A stretch of 64,000 nucleotides of DNA from Bdellovibrionota bacterium (GCA_050950765.1 JBMNIF010000002.1:800001-864000), one strand, 5' to 3'. Counted from the stretch's first letter, positions 11,217 through 21,906 are shown. Notes: generated by a model from the letters alone, not told the origin. A program made the numbers and translations.

Positions 11217-11835
11217 CCCTATTAAAATAACGTTGTTTTGTTTTTTAAGGAAGTAATAAGTTTAGGAGCGATCTTTATCTAGCAGTGACATTAGAGCGGG
11301 CTGCAACTGCAAAGCAGATCGCTAGTTTTTTACGAGATTAAAAATCTGGTGCCACCCACCAGTGACGAAAGACGCTAAAATTACAATAGTTAATAATATC
11401 AAGATATTAGCAAAAGTTATGGGTTTGACAGATCTGGTGCCACCCTTCAGTTTTGGGCAGATCAGCCAAATCTTGGTTGGAGTGAATTTGGTGCCACCCT
11501 TCAGTTTTGGGCAGATCAGCCAAATCTTGGTAGCTGTCATTGGTGCCACCCTTCAGGGACGACAGAACGGGCTGATACTAAAAAACGAAGTAGCTAGTTT
11601 TCTACGAAGGTTAAAAATTTGGTGCCACCCTTCAGGGACGACAGGACGCTAAAATTGCAATAGCTAATAATATCAAGATGTTAACAAAAAGCTAGGATTT
11701 GGTGAATTTGGTGCCACCCTTCAGTTTTGGGCAGATCAGCCAAATCTTGGTAGCTGTCATTGGTGCCACCCTTCAGGGACGACAGAACGGGCTGATACTA
11801 AAAAACGAAGTAGCTAGTTTTCTACGAAGGTTAAA

Positions 11836-13412
11836 CCCTAACTCTTCATATTTCAGGAATATATTTCAATAAAAAATTAAATATCCTTTAAAAAAGGTAT
11901 TGTGCTTTAAAAATATTGGTGTATTATATATTACGTATTGCGTAATACGTTAGGAGATATATATCATGACATATCCAGATTGGGTTTTGAAAGAAAAAAA
12001 GAAAGGCACTGAGGTAGTTCACAGGAACGGCAAATATTATTTGTATAAAATAAGTTCTGTGTGGAATAAGGAAAAGGGACGTGCTCAGAAGGTTACCTTA
12101 GAATACCTTGGCAGGATAACTGAAGATAAGGGTCTTATTCCCCCTAAACGTAGGGGTTCTTACAAAGATGGAGAAGTTTCTGCAAAGGAGTATGGAGCTA
12201 GCAAAACACTTTGTGAGTTAGGAAAAGACATATTAAATCGCTTAGAAGATAGGTTTCCGAATGATTATCAAAAGATTTTTTCTATTGCTGCTTTAAGAGT
12301 AATTGAGCGTTGTCCGTTTAAGGGGATTGATTTTTTGTATGAGAAATCTTTTTTATCTGAACGCTTCGGAAAGCTTGCTCTATCTTCCTCTAGCATATCA
12401 AGGTTTTTAAGGGAGCTAGGTAGCCAGAGACCAAAGTTAGTTGGTTTTATGAAAGAGTATGTTTGCGATGTTGATTATCTTTTTTTTGATTTAACAAATA
12501 TAATAAGTAAATCGGAAAATGTTGAAATAAATAGAGTTGGCTATAACAGTCATCATGATTTTGATCCTCAAATTGGCTTAATGTATGCTTTTTCAGCGGA
12601 TGACAGTTCTCCCACTTATTACAGAGTTATTCCTGGAAATATAAGAGATGTGAGGGCATTTAAGGGGAGTATAGAAGAGGCTGGTATAAAGGATGCTGTA
12701 ATAGTTGCAGATAAAGGGTTTGGCTCACAAGAGAATTTTAAGTTATTAAAAGAAGCTAATTTAAAATATATTGTTCCATTAAGGCGCAATAATTCAAACA
12801 TAAACAGAGAGATTTTAAGATGTGGAGACAAGTCTAAGTTTGAAAATTTTTTCTTTCATAATGCTCGTCCTATATGGCCTTACTCATATAAAATAAACGA
12901 AGATCGTCTTATTGTTTGTCTTGATGAATCGCTTAAGGCTAGAGAAGAGGCTGATTATCTGCGTAGAGTTCAAGAGAATATAGAAGGCTACACAAAAGAA
13001 GGTTTTATCGATAAACAATACCAATTCGGAACGATTACTTTTCAAACAAATCTCGATTTACCATGCGACAAGGTATTTTGTTTATATAAGGCAAGAAATG
13101 AAATAGAGATGACATTCGATTTTTTAAAAAACCTATTAGAGCAAGATCGTGTATACTTGCAAGATAAATATGCGATTGAAGCTTGGGCGTTCATAAACCA
13201 TATTTCACTTATGCTTGTTTATTTGATATATCATAAACTTAAAGAAAGTGAACTTATTTCTAAATATTCCATTCAAGAATTTATTACACATCTTAAATAT
13301 ATAAGTTATTTAAAAATCGGAGACTCGTGGGTAGTAAGTGAGATTTCAGGTAAAACACAAAAAATTTTAGAAAAATTAAAAATTCATATTACGCAAACGT
13401 GAAGAGTTAGGG
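11836..13412 (+). mobile_element. IS1634-family insertion sequence (1577 bp)
   Basis: Perfect 13-bp IRs CCCTAACTCTTCA (11836) / TGAAGAGTTAGGG (13400-13412); 6-bp TSD GTTAAA at 11830-11835 and 13413-13418; removing it restores a 79-bp repeat unit. Confidence 0.92.
11966..13402 (+). CDS. IS1634-family DDE transposase
   Basis: FFDLT, GYN...PQI, ADKGF, Y..R..IE..F..LK motifs; AGGAG RBS; stop lies in the right IR. Confidence 0.9.
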   Translation: MTYPDWVLKEKKKGTEVVHRNGKYYLYKISSVWNKEKGRAQKVTLEYLGRITEDKGLIPPKRRGSYKDGEVSAKEYGASKTLCELGKDILNRLEDRFPNDYQKIFSIAALRVIERCPFKGIDFLYEKSFLSERFGKLALSSSSISRFLRELGSQRPKLVGFMKEYVCDVDYLFFDLTNIISKSENVEINRVGYNSHHDFDPQIGLMYAFSADDSSPTYYRVIPGNIRDVRAFKGSIEEAGIKDAVIVADKGFGSQENFKLLKEANLKYIVPLRRNNSNINREILRCGDKSKFENFFFHNARPIWPYSYKINEDRLIVCLDESLKAREEADYLRRVQENIEGYTKEGFIDKQYQFGTITFQTNLDLPCDKVFCLYKARNEIEMTFDFLKNLLEQDRVYLQDKYAIEAWAFINHISLMLVYLIYHKLKESELISKYSIQEFITHLKYISYLKIGDSWVVSEISGKTQKILEKLKIHITQT

Positions 13413-13661
13413 GTTAAAAATTTGGTGCCACCCTTCAGGGACGACAGAACGGGCTGATACTAAAAAACGAAGTAGCTAGTTTTCTACGAAGGTTAAAAAT
13501 TTGGTGCCACCCTTCAGGGACGACAGAACGGGCTGATACTGAAAAACGAAGTAGCTAGTTTTCTACGAAGGTTAAAAATTTGGTGCCACCCTTCAGGGAC
13601 GACAGGACGCTAAAATTGCAATAGCTAATAATATCAAGATGTTAACAAAAAGCTCTACGTG

Positions 13662-14423
13662 TTATTGCGGCATAGTAGAAGCGAAGACATCGACATTCTT
13701 AGCTCTAAAATATTTTACCATATCTGTTACATATTTAATTGATGTAGAGATCTGGCTTCCGTCAGAGTAACGTTTAATAAACCAACCTTTTTTATCGGCG
13801 GCAGCTTTTTTAGCGATGCTCCTTATTTCAAGGTCACATTTTTTTGGCAAGAAAGGTGGAAGGATATCCCTGTTAAACTTATTTCTTTGAGAAATTTGAT
13901 TTAATTTAACTTGATGGTCAAGTTTCTTTTGCATATCTAAAGCAAGCCAACCGCTCCAAAACTCATTCATGGTGTTACAAACTGCGTTTTCCTGATTTTG
14001 TCCTGTAATAGCGTTGATAGTATCAGCCTCGCGCAAAGCTTCTAAAAACTGAGGGCAGATCCCTTTTTTAATAGAGCACAACAGGTAGCAAGCCCCGATA
14101 TATTGAGCAACGTCAGGAGCTATCGTTGGTATGGTGACAGAGTTTGAAGCCATTAATTTAGGTAGTGCTTGTTGAAGAGTTGTCATGTACTTAATGGCAT
14201 CATCTTGAGTTTTTTGGTACGGGTTCTGTTTTACCTCATCTTGCTCTAAGGCGATAATCCCTTGTTGCGTTGTGTTTTTAACATCTTCTCCGAAGTTTTC
14301 TGCATCACCATCAAGATCTAAAATGCCGATCTGTTCGGCACGAGGGTTTTTCGGTTGCTGTGCAAAAAGTAAACTTGGGATTAATAGTGCAGTTATAACA
14401 ATAGTGAAAATGGTAGCTTTCAT
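13662..14423 (-). CDS. Hypothetical secreted protein
   Basis: ATG 14423 (MKATIF...LLFA) with GGAG RBS and signal peptide is more plausible than the ORF-track start; Cys cluster CYLLCSIKKGIC. Confidence 0.7.
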   Translation of the reverse strand: MKATIFTIVITALLIPSLLFAQQPKNPRAEQIGILDLDGDAENFGEDVKNTTQQGIIALEQDEVKQNPYQKTQDDAIKYMTTLQQALPKLMASNSVTIPTIAPDVAQYIGACYLLCSIKKGICPQFLEALREADTINAITGQNQENAVCNTMNEFWSGWLALDMQKKLDHQVKLNQISQRNKFNRDILPPFLPKKCDLEIRSIAKKAAADKKGWFIKRYSDGSQISTSIKYVTDMVKYFRAKNVDVFASTMPQ

Positions 14424-14617
14424 ACACAATCTCCAAATAAACCCAGATAAATAAACATAAATTAAATAGGGGCAAACGTATTTTAATGCTTTTAAAAAAT
14501 AGATAGATATTAAGAGCACTATAACAACTTTCCCTTTTGTGACAACACCTACTCGTTATGCGACTCTTTCTTGGAGTTAGATGAAGTTGCCCATCATGTC
14601 GAAGCAAAAAACTAGGT

Positions 14618-16153
14618 CTAGTTCAATTTTTCTTCCGTTAATTTAATTAAACTTTCAAACAGCTTTTGATCGTTAATAATGCGTGGCACTTTATTTTGTC
14701 CGCCGAGTTTGCCGCGACTCTTCATCCACTCTGAAAATGTACCCACTGCTGCTACTGTAACAGTAGGATCTTTTAAGCCGAAACCTTCAGCTCTATGCGC
14801 TGCGTAATCTTCATTCCGTTCGCAAAGCCGTTGATCCAGTTTCTTACAAAAGACGGTAAGATCTTCTGCCGTTGGCACTTTGCCGCCAAACTCGACTATA
14901 TAACGATGTCCCCCGAGTTCGCCACTGTGTGCGGGAAAAACAGCACCGACAGAATAATCAGTAACTGTATTTCCAATAGCATCAGCTGCAAAGGATACAG
15001 CATCTTCTATCTCTTCTCCGATTAGGTGTTCTCCAAACGCTGAAAGAGAGTAAGATGTGCGTCCAGTGATTAAGAGGCGTGGTGGAAGTTTATCTATAAA
15101 CTTTACGGTATCCCCGATCAGATAGCTCCAAAGCCCCGCGCAGGTCGTAAGTACGATGGCATAATTGACACCTGTTTCAATGGTGCCGATCCAATGTCGA
15201 GTTGGGTTTGTAGAGTTTATTTCCTCAAGTGGGATGAACTCATAAAAAATATCGTTATCAAGATTTAATCTCAGCCCTTCACCGTATCCGCGGTCTGCTG
15301 TGGCAATAAAACCTTCGCTCGCCGTATATACTTCACGCAGCTCGGTGTTGCTGCCTGCAATCAGATCTTTAAACTGTTTTTCGTAGGGTTTAAAATTAAC
15401 TCCGCCGTGCACGATCATTTCAAGGTTAGGATAAACTGTATTTAAACGACCTGTGGTGTTGGATGTAATCTCAAACAGTTTATTAATGAGGATTAATAGC
15501 CAAGAAGGTACACCACTTAGTAAACGGATATCATATTTTAGTGAAAGACGTGCCAGTAGATCGATCTTCTCTTCCCAATCTTTTATAAGGGCAAGTTTTG
15601 GTGAGGGGAAATAAAATGGTGCCACCCAAGAAGGACGAGTTTTAGCCACGATACCACTCAAGTCTCCGCTGAAAACCCTAGGGGCTTCTTGTACTAAATC
15701 AGTACTACCACCAAGTACAAAACTCTTTCCGGCAAATAACTTTGATTTTGGATTGTTGATAACGTGATAGATTAAGAGGTCTAAACCTGCTTTAACATTT
15801 GATGCCATCATCTCTTTTGTGAATGGTAGATATTTTGTTGTGCCACTGGTTGTGCCGGAGGTAACGGTAAAATACGGCATCCGTTTAGGCCAAGTTAGAT
15901 TATCCAGAAGGGGGTAGGTAGGTTGCCAATATTCTTTCCAAAAATCTTCATAGGTTCGTATCCTAACCTGCTTTTGAAAATCTTCTACCGAGTGAATTTT
16001 AGAGAATTGATGTTGTTGACCGAAGTGTGTGTTTTTTGCTGTGTGAATAAGTTTTAATAGTTGTTGCTTTTGAGTTGCAACGGGATCCATTGTTGAGAGC
16101 TTGTTATAGCGATATTTCGCAAAGAGGCTAAGGAGTGGTGTAAAGTTAATCAT
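14618..16153 (-). CDS. GH3 family acyl-adenylate/amido synthetase-like protein
   Basis: TSGTTSG, YTASEG, YLIGD, GGQNKVPR motifs typical of bacterial GH3 proteins. Confidence 0.88.
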   Translation of the reverse strand: MINFTPLLSLFAKYRYNKLSTMDPVATQKQQLLKLIHTAKNTHFGQQHQFSKIHSVEDFQKQVRIRTYEDFWKEYWQPTYPLLDNLTWPKRMPYFTVTSGTTSGTTKYLPFTKEMMASNVKAGLDLLIYHVINNPKSKLFAGKSFVLGGSTDLVQEAPRVFSGDLSGIVAKTRPSWVAPFYFPSPKLALIKDWEEKIDLLARLSLKYDIRLLSGVPSWLLILINKLFEITSNTTGRLNTVYPNLEMIVHGGVNFKPYEKQFKDLIAGSNTELREVYTASEGFIATADRGYGEGLRLNLDNDIFYEFIPLEEINSTNPTRHWIGTIETGVNYAIVLTTCAGLWSYLIGDTVKFIDKLPPRLLITGRTSYSLSAFGEHLIGEEIEDAVSFAADAIGNTVTDYSVGAVFPAHSGELGGHRYIVEFGGKVPTAEDLTVFCKKLDQRLCERNEDYAAHRAEGFGLKDPTVTVAAVGTFSEWMKSRGKLGGQNKVPRIINDQKLFESLIKLTEEKLN

Positions 16154-16518
16154 AAAAAATCTCCATTGAGAGACGTTTAAAGGCGCAACCTAAAAAATAC
16201 TCAGAGAAAGATAATACAGTATAATCTAAGCATCTTTATTGTAAAAAAGCACATTACTTTGTCTTTTTTCTTTTTAACTGTAAATAAAGTTATTAACGAT
16301 CTAAAAACGATCTAAAGAGGTGCCGTCTTAAAGCGTCCTTTAAAGGTAATATCTATGCAACTTTATAACAAGATTCAAGCCCACTCTCCAAATACCTTGA
16401 GGAATAGACGTAAGCATAAAAAACGGTTTTATCCTAACGATGTTTCTTAATTGTCATGAATTGTTACTCAATGGTATATCAGTAAGGTGTTTTTTTCTGA
16501 TATTTTACCGGAATTGGC

Positions 16519-18651
16519 ATGATGAAATTTATTCAGATAATAATAATGCTCTCTGTACCGTTTCTGTATATAGTTATAGGGAGTCGTTTTTTTAAGTTTT
16601 TCTGTAAGCTTTGTGGTGTCGCCTCAACTAAGCCTGCTACCTTTGCTGTGATGTTTTGCGGTTTGTTGCTGCACATAACATCGATATTTATCCTTAAAAT
16701 TTTTGGTCTGCCGTGGTGTGTAGCGTTCTTTTTACCACTTATACCTCCTCTCTGCATTTTTAAAAGAGAGTGGGAGGGGTTGCGTCCGCAATTTAGTTTA
16801 AACTTTACTGTGTGGTTTTTTGTAATTCTGGCGTTAGGAGTTTCTCTCTTTCAAGTTGTAAACGGTAGTATTGAAACAGCTTGGGTAAATAACTATGGAG
16901 ATCTAACCTTTCATCTGGGGATGATCTCTGCCTTTGTTAAGGGAGATAATTTTCCACCGCAGTTTCATCTCTATGCTGGAGAGACGTTATCGTATCCGTT
17001 CTTTATCAATTTATGGAGCGCTGCTTTATGGTGGTTCTCTCCGGATTTTGAAACTTTACAACATATCTTTGTTTTTCAATGGGTGCTCCTGTGGTGTGTG
17101 GTATTTTTTGCATTAAAAGGAGATCGTTATCGCATTCTACCGTGGGCGATCCTCTTTGGTGGAGGAACGTTTGCCACAGTCGCAACCTATTCGTGGAAAT
17201 TACTCGATAAAGGGAGCCCTTGGACCGTATTTTTAACAACGATCTGGGTGACACAACGCACTGCCCTCTTAGGGTTAGCAGCAAGTTTGGTAGTTTTGTA
17301 CCTTGTATATGAGGGCTATCAGAAACTTAGCTCGAACAATCTAAAAGCGTTCTACCCCTATCTCCTGTTTGTAGGGTTAGTGCTCGGACTTAGTCCACTT
17401 ACTCATGTACATTTCTGTCTTGCTACGGGGCTCTTTGTAGGGATTGTGTTGCTAGGGTGGATCACACTTGATCTTCTTCCTAAATTGTTTAAAGGGTTAC
17501 AGACAACTTTTTACAGAAGCGAAGTCTCTTTGTGGAGAGTGCCCATAGCGATCTCAATCCCCGTTATCTTTCTTGTTGCTTTGGGAGTAATCGCATTTTT
17601 AGCGAAAGACATTGAAAAATTCGGAACTTTCTTTGCGTTTTCTCGAGACATCGATATCGTACCTAATTCAAAAGCCGCCATTCTTTTTTCCTTTCAAGAG
17701 GTCGCTTCCCTCTGTTTCTTGTTTGCTGTGATAGGGTGTGTGTTTGTACTTTGGGCAGAAGGTCTTAGTTGGATAAAGGTATTTTATAAAGTTTTTAGAG
17801 AGGTTTTGCGTCAAAATCCTATAATTAAAATTAAAATTGGGGGGCTACTTCTTTTTGCGTGCACCTCTTTTATAGGCTTAGCTTTTTTGCCGTGGTTATT
17901 AGGGAAGTCAGAGGTATTAAAGATAATTTACGGCTGGAACGTTTCTTTACAACCTAATACGCCTGTGGCTCTTCAATTACAACAAGCGGCTCTGATGTGG
18001 CTTAGGAATTGCGGTTATATTTTTATGGTGTTTGCTGCTTTTTGGTTAGTAGCGCGGAAGCATTTAGAGTGTCTTGCATTAGTGCTCTTATTTTTATTAG
18101 GCAATTTTGTCTCTTTAGCCACTTGGGATTGGGATCAGTTAAAGATCTTTATCGCACTTTATACGATCTTTATCTTTCTCTGGAGTAGGGTAGAGGATAA
18201 TAAGGCAGCTTACAGATTGCACTACCTTCTTATTATCTTGTGTTTACCTGCCATAATTGAAGCAGGGAGACTTTTTTATGTCGGAGATATCTCATCTCCT
18301 TTTTCTAAAAAGGCGTTGGCAGAGGCGCAAGCCATTGAAGATTTAACGCCGCCGACTGCGATTATCGCTGCTGCTCCCGATCACAATAGCTCCGTTCTTA
18401 TTTCAGGTAGGAAGATGTTTATGGGTTATACGGGTACTTTGTGGTCACACCAGATAGATTATGAAGCTAGAGAGCGGGTTTTAAGAGACCTTACGGCTTT
18501 ATGTACGTGTCGTGAAAAAAAACAGATTTCGGATACAGAAAATTGTCCTGATTATCTTTTTTGGAATGATGCTGCCTCTCGTTATTGGCATGGACAGGTG
18601 CCTTGTGGTGATGCGGAGTTTTTAGGAGATGGAGTGTATAAATTAAAATAA
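16519..18651 (+). CDS. Polytopic membrane protein, GT-C-like (putative lipid-linked sugar transferase)
   Basis: Many TM segments; NYGDLTFH...FPP...LSYPF first-loop motif; C-terminal SGRKMFMGY..LWSH domain. Confidence 0.55.
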   Translation: MMKFIQIIIMLSVPFLYIVIGSRFFKFFCKLCGVASTKPATFAVMFCGLLLHITSIFILKIFGLPWCVAFFLPLIPPLCIFKREWEGLRPQFSLNFTVWFFVILALGVSLFQVVNGSIETAWVNNYGDLTFHLGMISAFVKGDNFPPQFHLYAGETLSYPFFINLWSAALWWFSPDFETLQHIFVFQWVLLWCVVFFALKGDRYRILPWAILFGGGTFATVATYSWKLLDKGSPWTVFLTTIWVTQRTALLGLAASLVVLYLVYEGYQKLSSNNLKAFYPYLLFVGLVLGLSPLTHVHFCLATGLFVGIVLLGWITLDLLPKLFKGLQTTFYRSEVSLWRVPIAISIPVIFLVALGVIAFLAKDIEKFGTFFAFSRDIDIVPNSKAAILFSFQEVASLCFLFAVIGCVFVLWAEGLSWIKVFYKVFREVLRQNPIIKIKIGGLLLFACTSFIGLAFLPWLLGKSEVLKIIYGWNVSLQPNTPVALQLQQAALMWLRNCGYIFMVFAAFWLVARKHLECLALVLLFLLGNFVSLATWDWDQLKIFIALYTIFIFLWSRVEDNKAAYRLHYLLIILCLPAIIEAGRLFYVGDISSPFSKKALAEAQAIEDLTPPTAIIAAAPDHNSSVLISGRKMFMGYTGTLWSHQIDYEARERVLRDLTALCTCREKKQISDTENCPDYLFWNDAASRYWHGQVPCGDAEFLGDGVYKLK

Positions 18652-18713
18652 ATTAGGCTAGGTTATTTATTTTAATATAAAGATGTGTTGAATGGTTTAA
18701 CTTAGTTAATTGG

Positions 18714-19045
18714 AAAGTAGGTGAGGGTAAAAAGAGCGTTTAGAGTTCTGTTAGGTTAGTAAAGTAGGTGAGGTAAAAAGCGTTTAGAGTTCCGTTAAGT
18801 TAGTAAAGTAGGAGAGGAAAAAAGCGTTTAGAGTTCTGTTAGGTTAGTAAAGTAGGAGAGGAAAAAAGCGTTTAGAGTTCTGTTAGGTTAGTAAAGTAGG
18901 AGAGGAAAAAAGCGTTTAGAGTTCTGTTAGGTTAGTAAAGGAAGAGAGGTAAAAAGGGTGTTTAGATTTCCGTTAGGTTACTAAAGTGAGTGAGGTAAAA
19001 AGCGTTTAGAGTTCCGTTAATTCACTAAAATAAGAGAGGTAAAAA
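18714..19045. repeat. 44-bp tandem repeat, ~7.5 copies
   Basis: Unit AAAGTAGGAGAGGAAAAAAGCGTTTAGAGTTCTGTTAGGTTAGT at 18714, 18761, 18805, 18849, 18893, 18937, 18983, partial at 19027. Confidence 0.95.
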
Positions 19046-19051
19046 GTGCGG

Positions 19052-20143
19052 ATGAATACTTCAAAAGTTTTTGTACATATCGTTCTTTATAACAGTATGG
19101 CGCAGCACGGTGCGGTAGCGTTAAAAAAAAATATAACGGCGCTATTAGAGCAGGAAGGTTTTACTAACGGGGAAAACCTTAAGATTGTGGTGCGTGACAA
19201 TGGCTCTAAAGATGGTGCAGCAGAGTTTCTGAAGGAAGAGTTTAAAGATAAGGTTGTTATTGAGTCTTTGAAGGAGAATTTAGGTTTTGCGGGAGGGCAG
19301 AATCTAGGAGTAAGAGATTTTCTTGAATCTGATTTTGATCATATTTTGATCTTAAACCCTGATATAAAACTTGAGAAGAGTGCTCTTAAGTATTTAAGTG
19401 TTGCTTTAGAGGAAGACCCCACTATCGGCATGGTTTGTCCGAAGCTTTTTCGTGGTGATGCAGAGCTTAATCCTGTTTATCCATTAAGGCTTGATGCGGC
19501 AGGGATGATTTTAACAGAGACGTTACGCCACTTTGATAGAGGCTCTGAGAGGGAGGATTGTGAAAAGTATAGTAAAAGTGAAGATGTCTTTGGTGGTAGT
19601 GGCGCTTGTTTATTATTAAAAAGGAGTTGTGTAGAGGATCTTTTGGTGGAGGCAGGAGATATAACGGCACCCGACAAAATTTTCCCGCAACTTGCGGCAG
19701 GGAGAGCGGAGAGAGCTCCTCTTTTTGATGAAGCTTTTTTTGCTTATCGAGAAGATGCAGATCTAGCGTGGCGTGCGCAACTTTTTGGCTGGCGGTGTCT
19801 TTATGTTGCAATAGCTAAAGCAACTCATCGGCGTGTCGTGTTACCGGAAAGGCGGCAAGTTCTTCCTGCGGAATTAAATAAGCACAGTGTGCGGAATAGG
19901 TTCCTGTTGCAACTTAATAATTATTCTCTTAGGCAGAGTATTAGTGCATTTTTTTGTGGTGTGTTGTGGCGCAATCTTTTAGTTTTGGTCGGAGTTATTT
20001 TGAAAGAGCGCACCTCTCTTCCTGCTTTGAAAGAGGTTTGGATCTTAAAGGAGCGTGCGTTAGCAAGGCGTAAGGTTATATTGGAAAAAGCTAAACAACG
20101 TAACGGAATTAAACTTATGCGGCAGTGGTTTTATAAGCGTTAG
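19052..20143 (+). CDS. GT2 family glycosyltransferase
   Basis: DNGSKDG, NLGFAGGQN, LNPD, GACLLL, FFAYREDADL. Confidence 0.92.
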   Translation: MNTSKVFVHIVLYNSMAQHGAVALKKNITALLEQEGFTNGENLKIVVRDNGSKDGAAEFLKEEFKDKVVIESLKENLGFAGGQNLGVRDFLESDFDHILILNPDIKLEKSALKYLSVALEEDPTIGMVCPKLFRGDAELNPVYPLRLDAAGMILTETLRHFDRGSEREDCEKYSKSEDVFGGSGACLLLKRSCVEDLLVEAGDITAPDKIFPQLAAGRAERAPLFDEAFFAYREDADLAWRAQLFGWRCLYVAIAKATHRRVVLPERRQVLPAELNKHSVRNRFLLQLNNYSLRQSISAFFCGVLWRNLLVLVGVILKERTSLPALKEVWILKERALARRKVILEKAKQRNGIKLMRQWFYKR

Positions 20144-21108
20144 TTCGGATTTTGTGCAGTCGTTTTGAATTTTGAAAATAGGTTTTTTATCCAACATTTT
20201 TCGGGAGTTTTTTCATAGCAAGGCTCTATGTGTTGAAACATCCCGAGTAGTGAAATTTCAGAATCTGAATTAGAAATAAAGATCTTGGGGAGCTCTCTAC
20301 CGATAAAGAGAGGCGCTGTGTGGTTGATAATCTCCTCACGTAAAGTGGTGCGTGCTTTAGAATCTAAATTATCTGTCTCCACCCCGATAAGAACTCTCTC
20401 TGCAGAGAGGATGTCATCTTTTGAGTGTGCGGCAGTGTTTTGCGTGGTGGGGTGAGGGGTAGTTTCTGCTGTCGTTTCTTCGTCTTCTTTTTGTAAGGGG
20501 AGAGGTAGTTCAGATGGCTTTGTTTGAGCGACGTCTTCTACACCTAAGAAAAGCCGTTTTATGGAGGCGTTCTGTTTTGCTAATTTTTCTAAACACTCCT
20601 TTAAGCTCTGTTCTGAGTTTTTTGGAAGTGGAGTGATGGTTAACGGCATCTGTGCGATGGAGGCTTCTAATTCTTCGATGATAGCGGGGATGCCGGACGC
20701 TCCTCCACGCAAGATATCGATCTCCCATGGGGAGAGCTCTTTCTCTACATTTTGTCCAGAATTGACTGCAATCCACCAATCTTTCGGCATTCGTCCTAAG
20801 AGGACGGCACCACGCACTTTATCAAAAGAAAGGGGCATGCCGCACCACTCTTCAATATATTCAGAGTTTGAAAAAACAGGCACGACGACCCGTTCTTTAT
20901 CTTGCACACCTAAGATATTTAAAAACGGATTGGGGTAGGTAGGAGAATCTGAAAGTGGTTGCTCTTGAAAACGGTGCGGCACATATACAAAGGTATTTAT
21001 CAAAATAGAATAAAAGTTAGCAGCAGCTTCCATTGAACCTAAGGAGGCAGCATCCATAGCACCTTCCAGTTGAGTAGTTTCATTTTGTGCAGCTGTCTTC
21101 TGATCCAT
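20140..21108 (-). CDS. SseB-family protein
   Basis: FY..L....VYVP, VVPVFS, WIAVN pattern plus a C-terminal SseB_C-like region. Confidence 0.6.
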   Translation of the reverse strand: MDQKTAAQNETTQLEGAMDAASLGSMEAAANFYSILINTFVYVPHRFQEQPLSDSPTYPNPFLNILGVQDKERVVVPVFSNSEYIEEWCGMPLSFDKVRGAVLLGRMPKDWWIAVNSGQNVEKELSPWEIDILRGGASGIPAIIEELEASIAQMPLTITPLPKNSEQSLKECLEKLAKQNASIKRLFLGVEDVAQTKPSELPLPLQKEDEETTAETTPHPTTQNTAAHSKDDILSAERVLIGVETDNLDSKARTTLREEIINHTAPLFIGRELPKIFISNSDSEISLLGMFQHIEPCYEKTPEKCWIKNLFSKFKTTAQNPN

Positions 21109-21130
21109 TTTTGTTTCTGTCGTTTAAATA

Positions 21131-21164
21131 AATAACGCATCAACATTGATGCAGATGCGTTATT
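21131..21164. terminator. Hairpin between skp and the SseB-like gene
   Basis: AATAACGCATC...GATGCGTTATT inverted repeat. Confidence 0.55.
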
Positions 21165-21185
21165 ATTAGAGGAGTCTGCGTAAGG

Positions 21186-21698
21186 CTACTCCTTTAACTC
21201 TTTAGCAATAATATTTGTAATATCAACTGCTTCATCACCATAAAGAAGGGGGCTAGTGCCCGTTGTGCCCTTATCTAAAACTAAGGAAATTTTATGAGAC
21301 TTAGCGTATTTTTCAACAACAGTGAGCACTTTACGTGTTAGCTCTTTGTTTACGGTCATAAATTTTTTATTAAAATCCTCCTGTACCTGTGCTGCCGTCT
21401 GCTCGTAATCTCTGATGGCTTTGCGTAAAGCATCAGCCTCTGCGGAATCAGGACCTTTTTTGGATGCTTTAAATTTCTTCTCAAGATCTTTTAACTTTTC
21501 TCGTTTTGAATCGATTGTTTTCTTTGAAGCTTCTCTAATCTTATCCAATTCGGCTTTCTTCTGTTTCGATTCCGGTAGGTTATTTATAAGTTTGTTGACA
21601 TCGATCGTTACAACACGGAAATCATCACATCGTGCGATATGTGGTGTGGTAACTGATACACTAAAAAGGAGTGTGAGAACTAAAATCTTTTTTAACAT
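21186..21698 (-). CDS. skp: OmpH/Skp periplasmic chaperone
   Basis: Signal peptide, VVTIDV, coiled coil, LVLDK...LLYG...DIT..I. Confidence 0.85.
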   Translation of the reverse strand: MLKKILVLTLLFSVSVTTPHIARCDDFRVVTIDVNKLINNLPESKQKKAELDKIREASKKTIDSKREKLKDLEKKFKASKKGPDSAEADALRKAIRDYEQTAAQVQEDFNKKFMTVNKELTRKVLTVVEKYAKSHKISLVLDKGTTGTSPLLYGDEAVDITNIIAKELKE

Positions 21699-21906
21699 AT
21701 AAAATCCTATGAATAACTTTTTTGTAGCGACTCCGCTAATGAGGTGCTTGAGATATCGGCAAAGTGCTTTACTTCAAGATAGTTATGTCATTTATATCTG
21801 AAAAACTCAATATAATACGGCTTTTCAGCGCGGGTCTTTTTTGTCTCTGAAAAATTTAAAGGGGTGTTGTTAAGATGGCAAGGTAGATTTTCGGCAAAAG
21901 GTGATA

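Larger units (their letters stand above)
11321..13653. repeat. Modular tandem array on core TGGTGCCACCCTTCAG, interrupted by an IS
   Basis: Core at 11347 (degenerate), 11435, 11489, 11541, 11620, 11709, 11761, 13423, 13502, 13581; three reused linker types giving periods of 52-54, 79 and 88-89 bp. Confidence 0.95.

Noticed and set aside
11322..11652. ORFs 11322-11549 (-) and 11362-11652 (+)
   Set aside because: Translations of the repeat array with no RBS or family features.
11347..13596. tRNA 3' ends, T-box motif or sigma54 promoters in the core (GAAGGGTGGCACCA)
   Set aside because: No T-arm or cloverleaf, no T-box stem I or synthetase gene, and no GC at -12 after TGGCAC in the copies checked.
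11321..13653. CRISPR array
   Set aside because: Core is only 16 bp, linkers are reused and of three lengths, and no cas genes are adjacent.
21753..21779. Sigma28 promoter for skp
   Set aside because: Good -10 (GCCGATAT) on the minus strand but no TAA(A/G) at 15-bp spacing.
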